A stretch of 64,000 nt of DNA, taken from the NCBI GenBank assembly GCA_039188945.1, contig JBCCYW010000002.1:26449-90448 (forward strand), read 5' to 3'. The notes beneath the pieces are model-generated. The model was not told the DNA's origin, made no database searches, and was given only the letters and a program-made list of their open reading frames with translations. Source of the stretch: Patescibacteria group bacterium (GTDB lineage: Bacteria > Patescibacteriota > Minisyncoccia > Phycocordibacterales > UBA918). Position numbers and translations under genes: made by a program. Within the stretch, counting starts at the first letter, position 1; the number at the start of each line of letters is the position of its first letter. Below, in pieces: positions 10,310-19,399 of the stretch.

Positions 10310-10801
10310 TCATTCAGTACTCCTTTTCCAGCATTGCTTATCTTTGTACGCCTGACTAATGAGGTCTTTCGGAATCGGCACCGTTTCGGAGGTATGATGC
10401 AATTTTTGCTCACTTAGTAGATACTCAAAGAGTGGCTCTCTGGTGAGGGCAATATGGACCAAGGTATTAATTTCTTTAAGATTTTTACCTTGGTGCCAAG
10501 CATGAGCATGGAAACTCGCTGAAGGAGCCCAACATATCCGCTCGCTGGAAACCAGCAACCACAGACACGCACTTTGACACGAACCTTCAATTTGCACCCA
10601 GCGATCAAGCAACAATTTGTATGCATCAAAGTATCCTCCAGGTGACTCAACGATCACAATCGGCATATCTCTGGGGATACTCTCCACGGCCCTCTTCACC
10701 ATGACACCATTGTAATAAGCAATTCCCTGCTTGTACTCAATCTTCCAACTTGTACAAGCACTCATCAGCACGACACTGATGAGCAGTAACGCTTTTCTCA
10801 T
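10310..10801 (-). CDS. Hypothetical lipoprotein
   Basis: Signal peptide with lipobox LMSAC. No confident family assignment. An ESPGG motif is reminiscent of ClpP/SppA but is insufficient on its own. Confidence 0.45.
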   Translation of the reverse strand: MRKALLLISVVLMSACTSWKIEYKQGIAYYNGVMVKRAVESIPRDMPIVIVESPGGYFDAYKLLLDRWVQIEGSCQSACLWLLVSSERICWAPSASFHAHAWHQGKNLKEINTLVHIALTREPLFEYLLSEQKLHHTSETVPIPKDLISQAYKDKQCWKRSTE

Positions 10802-11088
10802 AACGCCTCCTTTCTTCAGTTCTATCAGTAACCTACTGCAACAACCAATTTTGTAAAGCCTATGCTCAACATAATGCTGGTTCTATGCTATCCTGTGGCG
10901 CACAAATCAAATTGGATGGAACTCGGTCTACTGTTGGCTGAGTGAGAAAGTCTGGGAGACTTTCGCAAGACCTTGCCTGATATTTTCTTGAGGTTGTGCC
11001 AAGAGTAAAATATCGACAAGGTGTACTGCGCCTGTAAGGCGAAAGAAACTCCGGAACTTCCTTACAAAATTTGTTTAATAGAAAATAT

Positions 11089-11105
11089 GGAGGGTTGGCT
11101 GAGTG
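11089..11105 (+). repeat. Degenerate copy of the tRNA-Ser 5' end (acceptor plus D arm), 118 nt upstream of the gene
   Basis: ggagggttggctgagtg is identical to tRNA positions 1-17. A weaker 12-nt copy, gttggctgagtg, lies at 10933-10944. Confidence 0.6.
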
Positions 11106-11205
11106 CTCAATGAGCAAAGGAGCTGTCTAAGCGACTATTGCAAATTAGTGTTTAATACTCAAACACTCTTCAGGTGTAAAAGATGGATGAAAAATCAAAT
11201 ATTCA

Positions 11206-11294
11206 CGGAGGGTTGGCTGAGTGGTCGAAAGCGCCTCACTGCTAACGAGGTAAGGGTTTATAGCCCTTCATGGGTTCGAATCCCATACCCTCCG
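11206..11294 (+). tRNA. tRNA-Ser (anticodon GCT)
   Basis: Folded by hand. Acceptor GGAGGGT/ACCCTCC, D arm, anticodon stem with loop CTGCTAA, a long variable arm, T arm GGGTTCGAATCCC and discriminator G. CCA is not encoded. Confidence 0.85.
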
Positions 11295-11300
11295 CATGGA

Positions 11301-11335
11301 GAAAAATCACTGAACTTCTGGTTCAGTGATTTTTC
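11301..11335 (+). terminator. Rho-independent terminator downstream of tRNA-Ser
   Basis: Perfect 15-bp stem gaaaaatcactgaac/gttcagtgatttttc with loop ttctg, followed by ttcttcac. Confidence 0.6.
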
Positions 11336-11391
11336 TTCACCTCGTGAAGAAATGATATTCGAAGTTTATGCCCTGGAGCGACAGCGTAAGG

Positions 11392-12222
11392 GTAAATCCC
11401 ATACCCTCCGCTATCATTCTGAGCGATACTGCGACTGCTAGTAACACTCTAAATCTGTTGCAAAATAACTGATCTATGGTTTGATACGTCCAAGCCGCCT
11501 ACTGCGGTTTCTGTCAACTCAAATGAGCTGGCAGGAGCCAGCAGGAAGGAAGTCATGCTTACACTCTTCGCTTTGTTCCTTTTCATGGCCATCCCAGGTT
11601 GGGAGTCTCACGACGTGCCTAAACTATTCGATAAGATCGTGGGCGCCCCCGAGCTGAAAATTTCAGTGCTACTGGCTATCGTGGTCGGCTTGTTCAGTAC
11701 CGGTTTTTGGATGAGTTACGTGATAAGAATGGAGATGCACCCGCTGTCTGCCATCACGGCGTTGGGCCTCGCGTGGATGGCTGCTCTGGCGGTTTTCTAT
11801 GTCAACGAACTGTTGGCGCGTGCAGTCTATTTCTTTACCTTCAGGAGCCTTCCAAGCCGCCGTCTGTGGAACTGTCTGGCACAGCCAGTCTGACGAACGG
11901 CCCGGGCTCAGGCCAACGCCGCCACCTTCGGGATGGCGGCGTTTTCACATTTAGGCCGCCAAATCCACATCATTCTCAAACCCAAAATTCCTCCGCCACG
12001 TCTCCTTCTTCTTAAGTTTTTTCTGACACTTCTTTTTCCAGGCACACTATCAAACTCACCGATAAAAGCTCTAAGAGTGTCTCGGATCGAGCCGCATGAA
12101 TAAATCGATCCGGATTCTTTCCGGACCGATTTATTTATATCTGAGTGTCATGAGAAGTTTATGCTAGGACATATATTTTAATGCACTATAAAAATAATAT
12201 CGTAGTAAATCCCATACCCTCC
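11392..12222. mobile_element. Putative remnant of an integrated mini-element, bounded by two copies of the tRNA-Ser 3' end
   Basis: gtaaatcccataccctcc occurs at 11392-11409 and 12205-12222. The tRNA itself ends cgaatcccataccctccgc at 11278-11294. The enclosed segment is GC-richer than its surroundings and carries only a small membrane ORF. Confidence 0.35.
11555..11893 (+). CDS. Hypothetical small membrane protein in a GC-rich patch
   Basis: 112 aa with 3 predicted TM helices. GC-rich codon usage unlike the flanking genes. No family recognised. Confidence 0.3.
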   Translation: MLTLFALFLFMAIPGWESHDVPKLFDKIVGAPELKISVLLAIVVGLFSTGFWMSYVIRMEMHPLSAITALGLAWMAALAVFYVNELLARAVYFFTFRSLPSRRLWNCLAQPV

Positions 12223-12367
12223 ACAGGCATAGTCACCACTTGGTAAGGAGATTACTTTTAAGTACGTTCTTGTGAGTATTGTCACATAGCCTATAGTATA
12301 GGTTGTTTTACAAAGTAACGCTTCGTGTACACGTAATTTATAAATTATCTCAATAATAAATATCATT

Positions 12368-12850
12368 ATGGAAACAAATAAACCAAGCTTGCCAATGCAC
12401 ACAAACCTGATCCCTGAAGAGGTTGCTACCAAAATTATTGCCGCTGACCAGTCTGGCAAAGATAAAGCTCAAGTGATTATCGATCTGTATCAGGCACTAG
12501 CAACCAAACCTACACCCGAAGCGATTGCTCAATACGTAGCGGATGACTATATCCAACACAGTCCGATGTTGCCAGATGGCCCAGAAGGGTTAGCCACGTT
12601 TTTTGCATCACTCACTGAGGCATACCCAGTGAGCATTGACGTGCATCGAGTGCTGGTCGTTGATGATTGGGCAATGGCACACGTTAACTTCCGAAATATG
12701 AATACTGATGATGAAAACGATCTAGGTATGGCTGGTGTAGATATCTACACATTTGGGTCAGATGGCAAGATAACTGAGCACTGGGACGCTGTACAGGAGG
12801 TGCCGGCACAATCTGCTAACCCAAACGGAATGTTTGCAAAGATCGGTTAA
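12368..12850 (+). CDS. SnoaL-like / NTF2-fold protein (predicted ester cyclase family)
   Basis: Blocks DDYIQHSP, VHRVLVVDDWAMAHVNF and GVDIYTFGSDGKITEHWD match the 'predicted ester cyclase' SnoaL-like family. Confidence 0.6.
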   Translation: METNKPSLPMHTNLIPEEVATKIIAADQSGKDKAQVIIDLYQALATKPTPEAIAQYVADDYIQHSPMLPDGPEGLATFFASLTEAYPVSIDVHRVLVVDDWAMAHVNFRNMNTDDENDLGMAGVDIYTFGSDGKITEHWDAVQEVPAQSANPNGMFAKIG

Positions 12851-12926
12851 TAGAAATGTATTACTTGCTAGAAAAGCTGATAACGGAAGAGATAGGGGTC
12901 AAAATGTAACAAACTATCACTCAAAC

Positions 12927-13721
12927 CTAATCCACATTATCGTTACAGATAGCCTTTACGGTCACCGTATCACTGTTGCTGGTATGCCAATTGGTACACG
13001 ACTTCGTTTTATACCCACCGGTAGAGAAATCTATCGTGCAGGTCGTGTCTTTTTTGCGATGAGTAATAGCGATGTCTTGTTGGGCCGTCTCAGAACACGA
13101 CACCCGAAATTCTTTCGTGGCTCCGTGCCCTAACGTATAGTCGAACTTACACTGACAATCACCACCCTCAGCGGCAGGTTCACAATCACACTTGTAGTGT
13201 TTGTACGTTGAATCAATAAAGAGAGCCGACTGAGCGAACGAAGCGTATCGGGCAATGTCTCCAACGATAGGTTCTAGTGGCAGCACTTCGTAGGTCAGCG
13301 TATTAGTAATCTCATTATACGAAACACTCATGAGCTCAAGCACGAGAACACTTTGGGTACCGTCAGCGTGAAAAATGTCCAGTGCAGCATTTGGAGGTAC
13401 AGCAGCAAAGCTATTATCACCTTGATTCCAGGTACTCACAAACCCAACCGTCGGTTCACGCCCCACTTCTCGAGCCGGTCGGTCGGAGAAAAAAGTGGTC
13501 TGCTCTCCTACACCAAAGAGCGTGAGTGTCCACCTCTCTCCATCTTGATTAGGGACGAGTGATCCCGCTGTTGCATTTTGTACGTACAAGAAGGTTGGCT
13601 CAGTATGGGCGGGTACCTGCGGCATCTGCTGAGAGGAGTGGCTGAGAGTATAAGCGACACCGAGGGCTACAGTGATAAGTGCGACGCCACTGAAGACGAC
13701 TTGGTATGAAAGTGATTGCAT
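12927..13721 (-). CDS. Hypothetical secreted protein with a Cys-rich C-terminal domain
   Basis: N-terminal signal peptide. Eight-plus Cys in the last 80 aa (CDCEPAAEGGDCQCK...). Confidence 0.5.
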   Translation of the reverse strand: MQSLSYQVVFSGVALITVALGVAYTLSHSSQQMPQVPAHTEPTFLYVQNATAGSLVPNQDGERWTLTLFGVGEQTTFFSDRPAREVGREPTVGFVSTWNQGDNSFAAVPPNAALDIFHADGTQSVLVLELMSVSYNEITNTLTYEVLPLEPIVGDIARYASFAQSALFIDSTYKHYKCDCEPAAEGGDCQCKFDYTLGHGATKEFRVSCSETAQQDIAITHRKKDTTCTIDFSTGGYKTKSCTNWHTSNSDTVTVKAICNDNVD

Positions 13722-13862
13722 AGAGTTGATTGCGTTAACTCACTTCTAAGAGTAGCAACTTGTTCTGGCACTTGGATGTGCAATGGGGATAAATCACATT
13801 CCCTTGTAAACCCAAACCATCTCTACAAACCAATCGTACTATTTCATAATAGGACAATATGA

Positions 13863-14216
13863 TCACCGACCTGTATCAGGACAAGGAGTAGGAGTGTCAC
13901 CACTAAGCTGTTGGTGTTGCTTGCCCCACGCAGCCATCGCTTCGATAACTGGTTTTGCTTTTTGTGCATACACATGTAAGGAATACTCGACTCGTGGCGG
14001 CACCTCAGCATAGACAGTCCGCGCAACCAACCCATCTTGCTCTAGCTCGCGCAGCTGTTGCGTCAACATCTTTTGTGATACAGCTGGAATGGCTTTCTGT
14101 AATTCACTAAACCGCAATGTGCTCTTGTGTAAGTGCCATAAAATCATTGGTTTCCACTTTCCACCCAAAATCCGCAAGGTGGTCTGGATCGGGTTTTCTG
14201 GTTCTTGGTTACGCAT
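13863..14216 (-). CDS. HxlR-family winged-helix transcriptional regulator
   Basis: LGGKWKPMILWHL...FSEL...ISQKMLTQQLRELEQDGLV matches the HxlR/MarR-like signature. Confidence 0.8.
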   Translation of the reverse strand: MRNQEPENPIQTTLRILGGKWKPMILWHLHKSTLRFSELQKAIPAVSQKMLTQQLRELEQDGLVARTVYAEVPPRVEYSLHVYAQKAKPVIEAMAAWGKQHQQLSGDTPTPCPDTGR

Positions 14217-14349
14217 AGTTGTATCAGTTACAGTTACCTTTTGGTACCTTATGAACTAAAGAGTTAGTACTTGCTACTTATACTACTTACTATATATTGC
14301 TTACATATTTTATTAAAGCTCGATTTCAAGGGGCGCTAATCTAGTAATC

Positions 14350-15891
14350 ATGCCGAACCTCACCTATCTCTATAAATATTTCTTAATTACTGCAGTATTC
14401 GCACTCGCAGTCTACATCCTCTCGCCAGACAATAGTAGCGTATCGGAACCGTCGGAAAGCCCTAGTACGAATACTCCCCTGCCAACAGTGCAACTCCTCA
14501 CCGTACGCGATAGTAATGTTGCAGCTGACGCAGGTGGGCGACAACTTGAGGTGACAGGCACCATTGAGGCCGCGGCTGACGTTGATGTCTTACCTGAAGC
14601 AAGTGGTGTGATCAGTCGAGTGAGCGTGACCGAGGGTCAGGCGGTAACAGCTGGGCAAATCCTACTCGAGATAGAAAATACTGATGAGCGTATTGCGGTC
14701 GGTCAGGCACAGGCCCAACTCGAACAGCAACGAGTTGTACTAGCAGATTTAATCTCAGAAAGTGATACCAGTGGCAACTCGACCATTGCCTCGGTAGTAG
14801 AGCAGCAAGACGTCGCTATTGAAAATGCTTATGAAGCACTCCTCAACAACGACTTGCAAGCCTACCCCGACGATCCTGAAGATATCGACCACCCAAATCC
14901 CATCATATCTGGAACCTATTCGAGCACAGAAGAAGGGACATATATTATAGATGTCTATCGCTCGAGCAACGAGTCGGGCTACTCGTTTCGCCTTCGTGGC
15001 ATGGAATCAGGCACTTACCCAGTGTCATTTAACCAGCCAGTATCGTTTGGATCTCGAGGCCTCTTTATTAAGTTCACTCCAGACGAACTCGGCAATATGA
15101 AAGATGAGATCTGGAGAGTTACCATCCCTAATCAACGAAGCGCTAGCTATGTTGCCGCACTCACCAATTATGAAGCGGCGATTGAAGGTAAGGATGTAAC
15201 CGTTCGACAGACAGAAGTGAGCGAGGAAGACATTGCTCGACAACAAGCGATTGTTCGGCAGCAAGAACTCTCAGTGCAAGCAGCACAAAACGCCTTGCGT
15301 AAAACTATCGTTCGATCACCGATTAGTGGAACACTTACTTCATTTGATCTTGATATTGGAGATTTCGTAGCCACTGCCGCTGTCGCAACAGTAAAAAGTC
15401 TTGATCAATTGGAAGTCGTGACCAATGTAACTGAATTTGATCGTCTATTCGTCGCGGTTGGTAGCCCAGCTACCATTGCCGGCATTGCTGCCGGCGAAGT
15501 CATCTCGGTTGGAGCAGCCGCGAGTGAATTAACGCAAAAAGTGAAGGTGCGCATTGGTATAACTGACGCTGACCGGCAAACCTTTACCACCCTCTTCACT
15601 GAAGGCCAATCGGTACCTATCACACTCGAACGAACACCTAATGAGTCAATTTCACAAATCGAACGATTTGCTAACTTTGCGATTGTACCCCTCACGGCGA
15701 TTCAAATTATTGGCACAACACCAAGTGTCTTTGCCTTCAATCAAGCTGATAACACCGTGCGTACCGTACCAGTCGAGACAGGTCTACTCGTCGATGACTC
15801 AGTCTTAATTACAAGTGGTCTCGAAGCAGTTGACGCAGTAGTGGTTGACGGCCGAGGCCTGAGCGACGGTGAGATGGTGGTAGTCGAGTAG
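14350..15891 (+). CDS. Efflux RND periplasmic adaptor subunit (membrane fusion protein) with an extra inserted domain
   Basis: N-terminal TM, biotin-lipoyl-like hairpin (VLPEASGVISRVSVTEGQAVTAGQILLEIE), coiled coil and beta-barrel. A roughly 100-aa insertion is shared with the paralog at 30916-32421. Confidence 0.8.
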   Translation: MPNLTYLYKYFLITAVFALAVYILSPDNSSVSEPSESPSTNTPLPTVQLLTVRDSNVAADAGGRQLEVTGTIEAAADVDVLPEASGVISRVSVTEGQAVTAGQILLEIENTDERIAVGQAQAQLEQQRVVLADLISESDTSGNSTIASVVEQQDVAIENAYEALLNNDLQAYPDDPEDIDHPNPIISGTYSSTEEGTYIIDVYRSSNESGYSFRLRGMESGTYPVSFNQPVSFGSRGLFIKFTPDELGNMKDEIWRVTIPNQRSASYVAALTNYEAAIEGKDVTVRQTEVSEEDIARQQAIVRQQELSVQAAQNALRKTIVRSPISGTLTSFDLDIGDFVATAAVATVKSLDQLEVVTNVTEFDRLFVAVGSPATIAGIAAGEVISVGAAASELTQKVKVRIGITDADRQTFTTLFTEGQSVPITLERTPNESISQIERFANFAIVPLTAIQIIGTTPSVFAFNQADNTVRTVPVETGLLVDDSVLITSGLEAVDAVVVDGRGLSDGEMVVVE

Positions 15892-15895
15892 TCAT

Positions 15896-18800
15896 ATGCT
15901 TTTCTTAATTCAACGATCAGTATTTACCTATTTTGCACTCGTGTGTCTCCTCTTATACGGAGTATACAGTGTGATGATTATTGGTAAGGAATCTTCACCC
16001 GAAATCAATGTACCGATTGTCAGTGTAACAACAGTATTTCCTGGTGCTGCTGCCGCAGATGTCGAAGATCTCGTAACTGATGTTATTGAAGACGAGCTAC
16101 TACAAGCTCTAGACGATGTGGACACCATTGACTCCGTATCCTCACAGGGATTGTCAGTAATAACGGTCCACTTTGAATCGTATGTTGATCTTTCAACAGC
16201 AATACAAGATGTGAAAGATGAGGTTGATCTTATTGAAAGTGATTTACCTGACGATGCTGAAGATCCAATTGTCGACGAGGTGAATTATTCTGATGCGCCA
16301 GTCTATATTGTCTCGGTCTCGACAAGAAGCGCCCTCACTCAACTATCAGAGACCGTCGCACAAATTGAAGATCGACTGGATAGCATTCAGGGCGTATCTG
16401 AAGTAACTATTTCCGGACAGCCGGATCGACAGATTAATGTGATTGTGGGTACCGCTCAGATGGATCAGTTTAACCTCAATGCAAGTGATATCGTCGCTGC
16501 CCTCGACAGCGCCGACAGCTCACTTCCAGTGGGGTCGATTGTGCAATCAGGCACTGAATACAACATTACATTTGATGGCGAATTGAATAGTGTTGAACTT
16601 ATCGAGAATAGCGTTGTGGCAAGAACTCAGACCGGTCAGGCAATCTTTGTTCGAGATATTGCTAGAGTTGAAGATGGTCTAGCCGAGCGAGAATCATCTT
16701 CTCGACTCTCAGTTGCTGGCAGCGAACCACAACAAGCCATTACTTTCTCCATTAACAAGCAGTCGGGTTATGATGTCACGACACTAACCGCAGACGTACG
16801 CGCTGAACTGCTACTACTGGAAACTGAATTGGCTAGTGAACAGCTTGAATTTGTGACGCTGGAAGATGGTGGTGAAGACGTGACTGAGGACCTGATTGAC
16901 CTAGCTGTCACAGCAATGCAGACCATCACGCTTGTTTTTGTTGTTCTGCTGATTGGTCTTGGATCCCGGCAGGCGATACTGGCTGCTGCCGCAGTACCCA
17001 TTTCGTTTATTATTTCGTTTGTTGGCCTGTATTACACCGGCACAACCTTAAACTTTGTGAGTCTGTTTGCGCTCGTACTAGTAGTTGGGATGTTAGTAGA
17101 CTCAGCAGTGGTCATGGTTGAAGGGATGACAGGCGAACTCAAGAAAGGCCTGAAGGGGTATGACGCAGCCAAAAGCACTATTTCAATTTATTCTGCATCA
17201 GTCACCGCTGGAACGTTAACAACAATATCAATCTTTGCTCCGATGTTATTTCTATCGGGGGCAGTCGGCGAGTTCATCACCTCAATCCCAGCGACGGTGA
17301 TAGTGGTCATGACAGTATCGCTTATCATCGCCATCATATACATTCCTTTGTTTGGCATCTCTTTTCTTCGCATTACGCCAGTGATACCCGGCACGTTTGG
17401 AGAAAAACGTGAACAATTCGTAAAAGCGATGAATGCTTGGTATCGAGAAAAACTAGAATACATACTCGCTCATAATGCTGTCGCTAGAGGTTTTGTGGCA
17501 GTAATCATTCTCCTGTTTGTGGCGGCGATAAGTCTCGTGACTACTGGCGCTGTTAAAGTAATGTTCTTCCCTGAAGATGACTTTAGTCAGTTCAATGTCC
17601 AAGTCGACATGCCAACCGGAACCCTCTTGGAGCAAACAGAACGAGCTACCGAACCAGTTGAAACGATTATTCAATCTCATCCTCGAGTCACTGCTTTTGT
17701 TTCTGAAATTACCGCTGAGGAAGCCGATATTACTGTCGTGATTGATGACGAAACACTTGGTGACAGTGTAGTTCGAGAGTTACGCGCCACGATTGGTGAG
17801 CTTGCTTCCGTAGCGGACGTTACCGTGGTACCACCTGCTTCGGGCGTATCAACAGGAGCACCGTTTCAAGTGAAGTTTGTCGGCGACGATTTAGAAGCAC
17901 TCACCACTGTCGCCAACGAAGCAACTGCCTTAGTCAAGACAATCCCTGATACTTTTGATGTGACCAATAGTCTAGCCGGGGCGGGCATCGATATCATTCT
18001 CGAAGCTAATCGCGAAACAATTGAAGAGACAGGGATTACTGTCGACCAACTGGCTGGCACAGTGCGCTCAGCCTTATTTGGAGCAGATGCCTACTCATAC
18101 ACACATCCAAAAAGTAACGATGATGTCGATGTATCAGTACGCGTCGGCCTAAACGCAGAGACATTTGTCACCGATGACACTAATGCTATCACCATCGATA
18201 CATTACGTGGATTACCAATTACCACTCCAAATGGTACGGTGCTGCTCGGCTCACTTATTACCGAATCACTCGAAGCAAGTAACACATCAATCGAACATGA
18301 AGATGGCCAACGCGTAATTACCGTATCAAGCTACATTGCTGAAGATGTTGTGGTAAATGATATCAACGACCGTTACACAGCACTCGCTGCAGCGGCACTA
18401 ACGCTTCCTGACGGGGTCACCATGAAATTTGGTGGTGATACAGAAGACAGTGCTGATTCAACTGCTGATCTAGGTATTGCCTTATTGGTAGGCGTATTTC
18501 TAATCATGGTTGTGCTGGTTTTTCAGTTCAATTCAATAAAGAGCATGTTGTTTATTGTCAGTGTCATTCCTCTAGGACTCATTGGGGTACTATTTGGACT
18601 TGCCGCATTTGGCCAACCCCTATCATTCACCGGCATGCTCGGGTTTGTTGCTTTGGTTGGAATCGTCATCAATAACTCAATCATGCTGATCAGTTCAATG
18701 AATGATGCCAAGGCAACTGGTACGACATCACACCTTAACGTTGTACTCGACAGTTCGGTTGGTCGCTTACGACCAATCCTTCTCACAACAGCTACGACAG

Positions 18801-18943
18801 TGATCGGCATGATGCCACTCCTCAACTCTTCACCAATGTGGGCACCGCTCGCGCTTGCTATCATCTTTGGTCTTTTATTTGCGGTAGTACTAACCTTAGT
18901 GATGATTCCCATCTTTTACAACTGGTGGGCTACTCAGTCGTAG
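15896..18943 (+). CDS. RND efflux transporter permease (AcrB/AcrD/AcrF family)
   Basis: 1015 aa with 12 TM and two large periplasmic loops. Conserved TM4 region and C-terminal signature PLALAIIFGLLFAVVLTLVMIP. Confidence 0.9.
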   Translation: MLFLIQRSVFTYFALVCLLLYGVYSVMIIGKESSPEINVPIVSVTTVFPGAAAADVEDLVTDVIEDELLQALDDVDTIDSVSSQGLSVITVHFESYVDLSTAIQDVKDEVDLIESDLPDDAEDPIVDEVNYSDAPVYIVSVSTRSALTQLSETVAQIEDRLDSIQGVSEVTISGQPDRQINVIVGTAQMDQFNLNASDIVAALDSADSSLPVGSIVQSGTEYNITFDGELNSVELIENSVVARTQTGQAIFVRDIARVEDGLAERESSSRLSVAGSEPQQAITFSINKQSGYDVTTLTADVRAELLLLETELASEQLEFVTLEDGGEDVTEDLIDLAVTAMQTITLVFVVLLIGLGSRQAILAAAAVPISFIISFVGLYYTGTTLNFVSLFALVLVVGMLVDSAVVMVEGMTGELKKGLKGYDAAKSTISIYSASVTAGTLTTISIFAPMLFLSGAVGEFITSIPATVIVVMTVSLIIAIIYIPLFGISFLRITPVIPGTFGEKREQFVKAMNAWYREKLEYILAHNAVARGFVAVIILLFVAAISLVTTGAVKVMFFPEDDFSQFNVQVDMPTGTLLEQTERATEPVETIIQSHPRVTAFVSEITAEEADITVVIDDETLGDSVVRELRATIGELASVADVTVVPPASGVSTGAPFQVKFVGDDLEALTTVANEATALVKTIPDTFDVTNSLAGAGIDIILEANRETIEETGITVDQLAGTVRSALFGADAYSYTHPKSNDDVDVSVRVGLNAETFVTDDTNAITIDTLRGLPITTPNGTVLLGSLITESLEASNTSIEHEDGQRVITVSSYIAEDVVVNDINDRYTALAAAALTLPDGVTMKFGGDTEDSADSTADLGIALLVGVFLIMVVLVFQFNSIKSMLFIVSVIPLGLIGVLFGLAAFGQPLSFTGMLGFVALVGIVINNSIMLISSMNDAKATGTTSHLNVVLDSSVGRLRPILLTTATTVIGMMPLLNSSPMWAPLALAIIFGLLFAVVLTLVMIPIFYNWWATQS

Positions 18944-19259
18944 AGTCAGATCCTTCATTGCTTGAGACCTGCTGTTCTCGTCTCTCTAAATACTGTTCTC
19001 CAAGGTGAGTGGCGAGCGAAATGTACAGCGTGATAGAGATCAATGCGTACATGGCAGTTACAAGCCGCGTGGTGTCACTTGACGGTACCAAGTCACCATA
19101 GCCAACAGTGGTCATTGTCGCTACAGAAAAATAAAACGCTTGTATCCAGGTAAATGGTTCAATCAATTTAAATAACATCGTACCACCAAGCAGGAGCGTA
19201 AAAAGGGTGGCTATTATAATTTTAACGCGATACCGCTTGAGAGCTGCATTGTAGTTCAT
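18930..19259 (-). CDS. Minimal two-TM potassium channel (KcsA/Kch-like)
   Basis: Selectivity filter TTVGYGD between two TM helices. 109 aa. Its 3' end overlaps the RND permease 3' end by 14 nt (convergent). Confidence 0.8.
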   Translation of the reverse strand: MNYNAALKRYRVKIIIATLFTLLLGGTMLFKLIEPFTWIQAFYFSVATMTTVGYGDLVPSSDTTRLVTAMYALISITLYISLATHLGEQYLERREQQVSSNEGSDSTTE

Positions 19260-19399
19260 GACAAGTATGTACTTACACTTCGTAGCTATACAATAACATC
19301 TCCTACCAACCGACTTACACGCTACCTAATAATCTTTACCCTGCAGCCTCGATACAATTTTTTGATTCTCTAGAAAAGAACACGTATTTCTCAAGAGCA

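Noticed and set aside
10310-10801. ClpP/SppA-like serine peptidase assignment from the ESPGG motif
   Set aside because: The protein is too short for the ClpP/crotonase fold and no catalytic Ser/His dyad context is recognisable. Left as a hypothetical lipoprotein.
11089-11205. Possibility that 11089-11294 is one tRNA-Ser with an intron, or a second complete tRNA
   Set aside because: The upstream copy lacks anticodon and T arms, and the downstream tRNA folds completely on its own. Interpreted as a fragment/scar instead. The same logic applies to the tRNA-Ile half-copies at 30527 and 30732.
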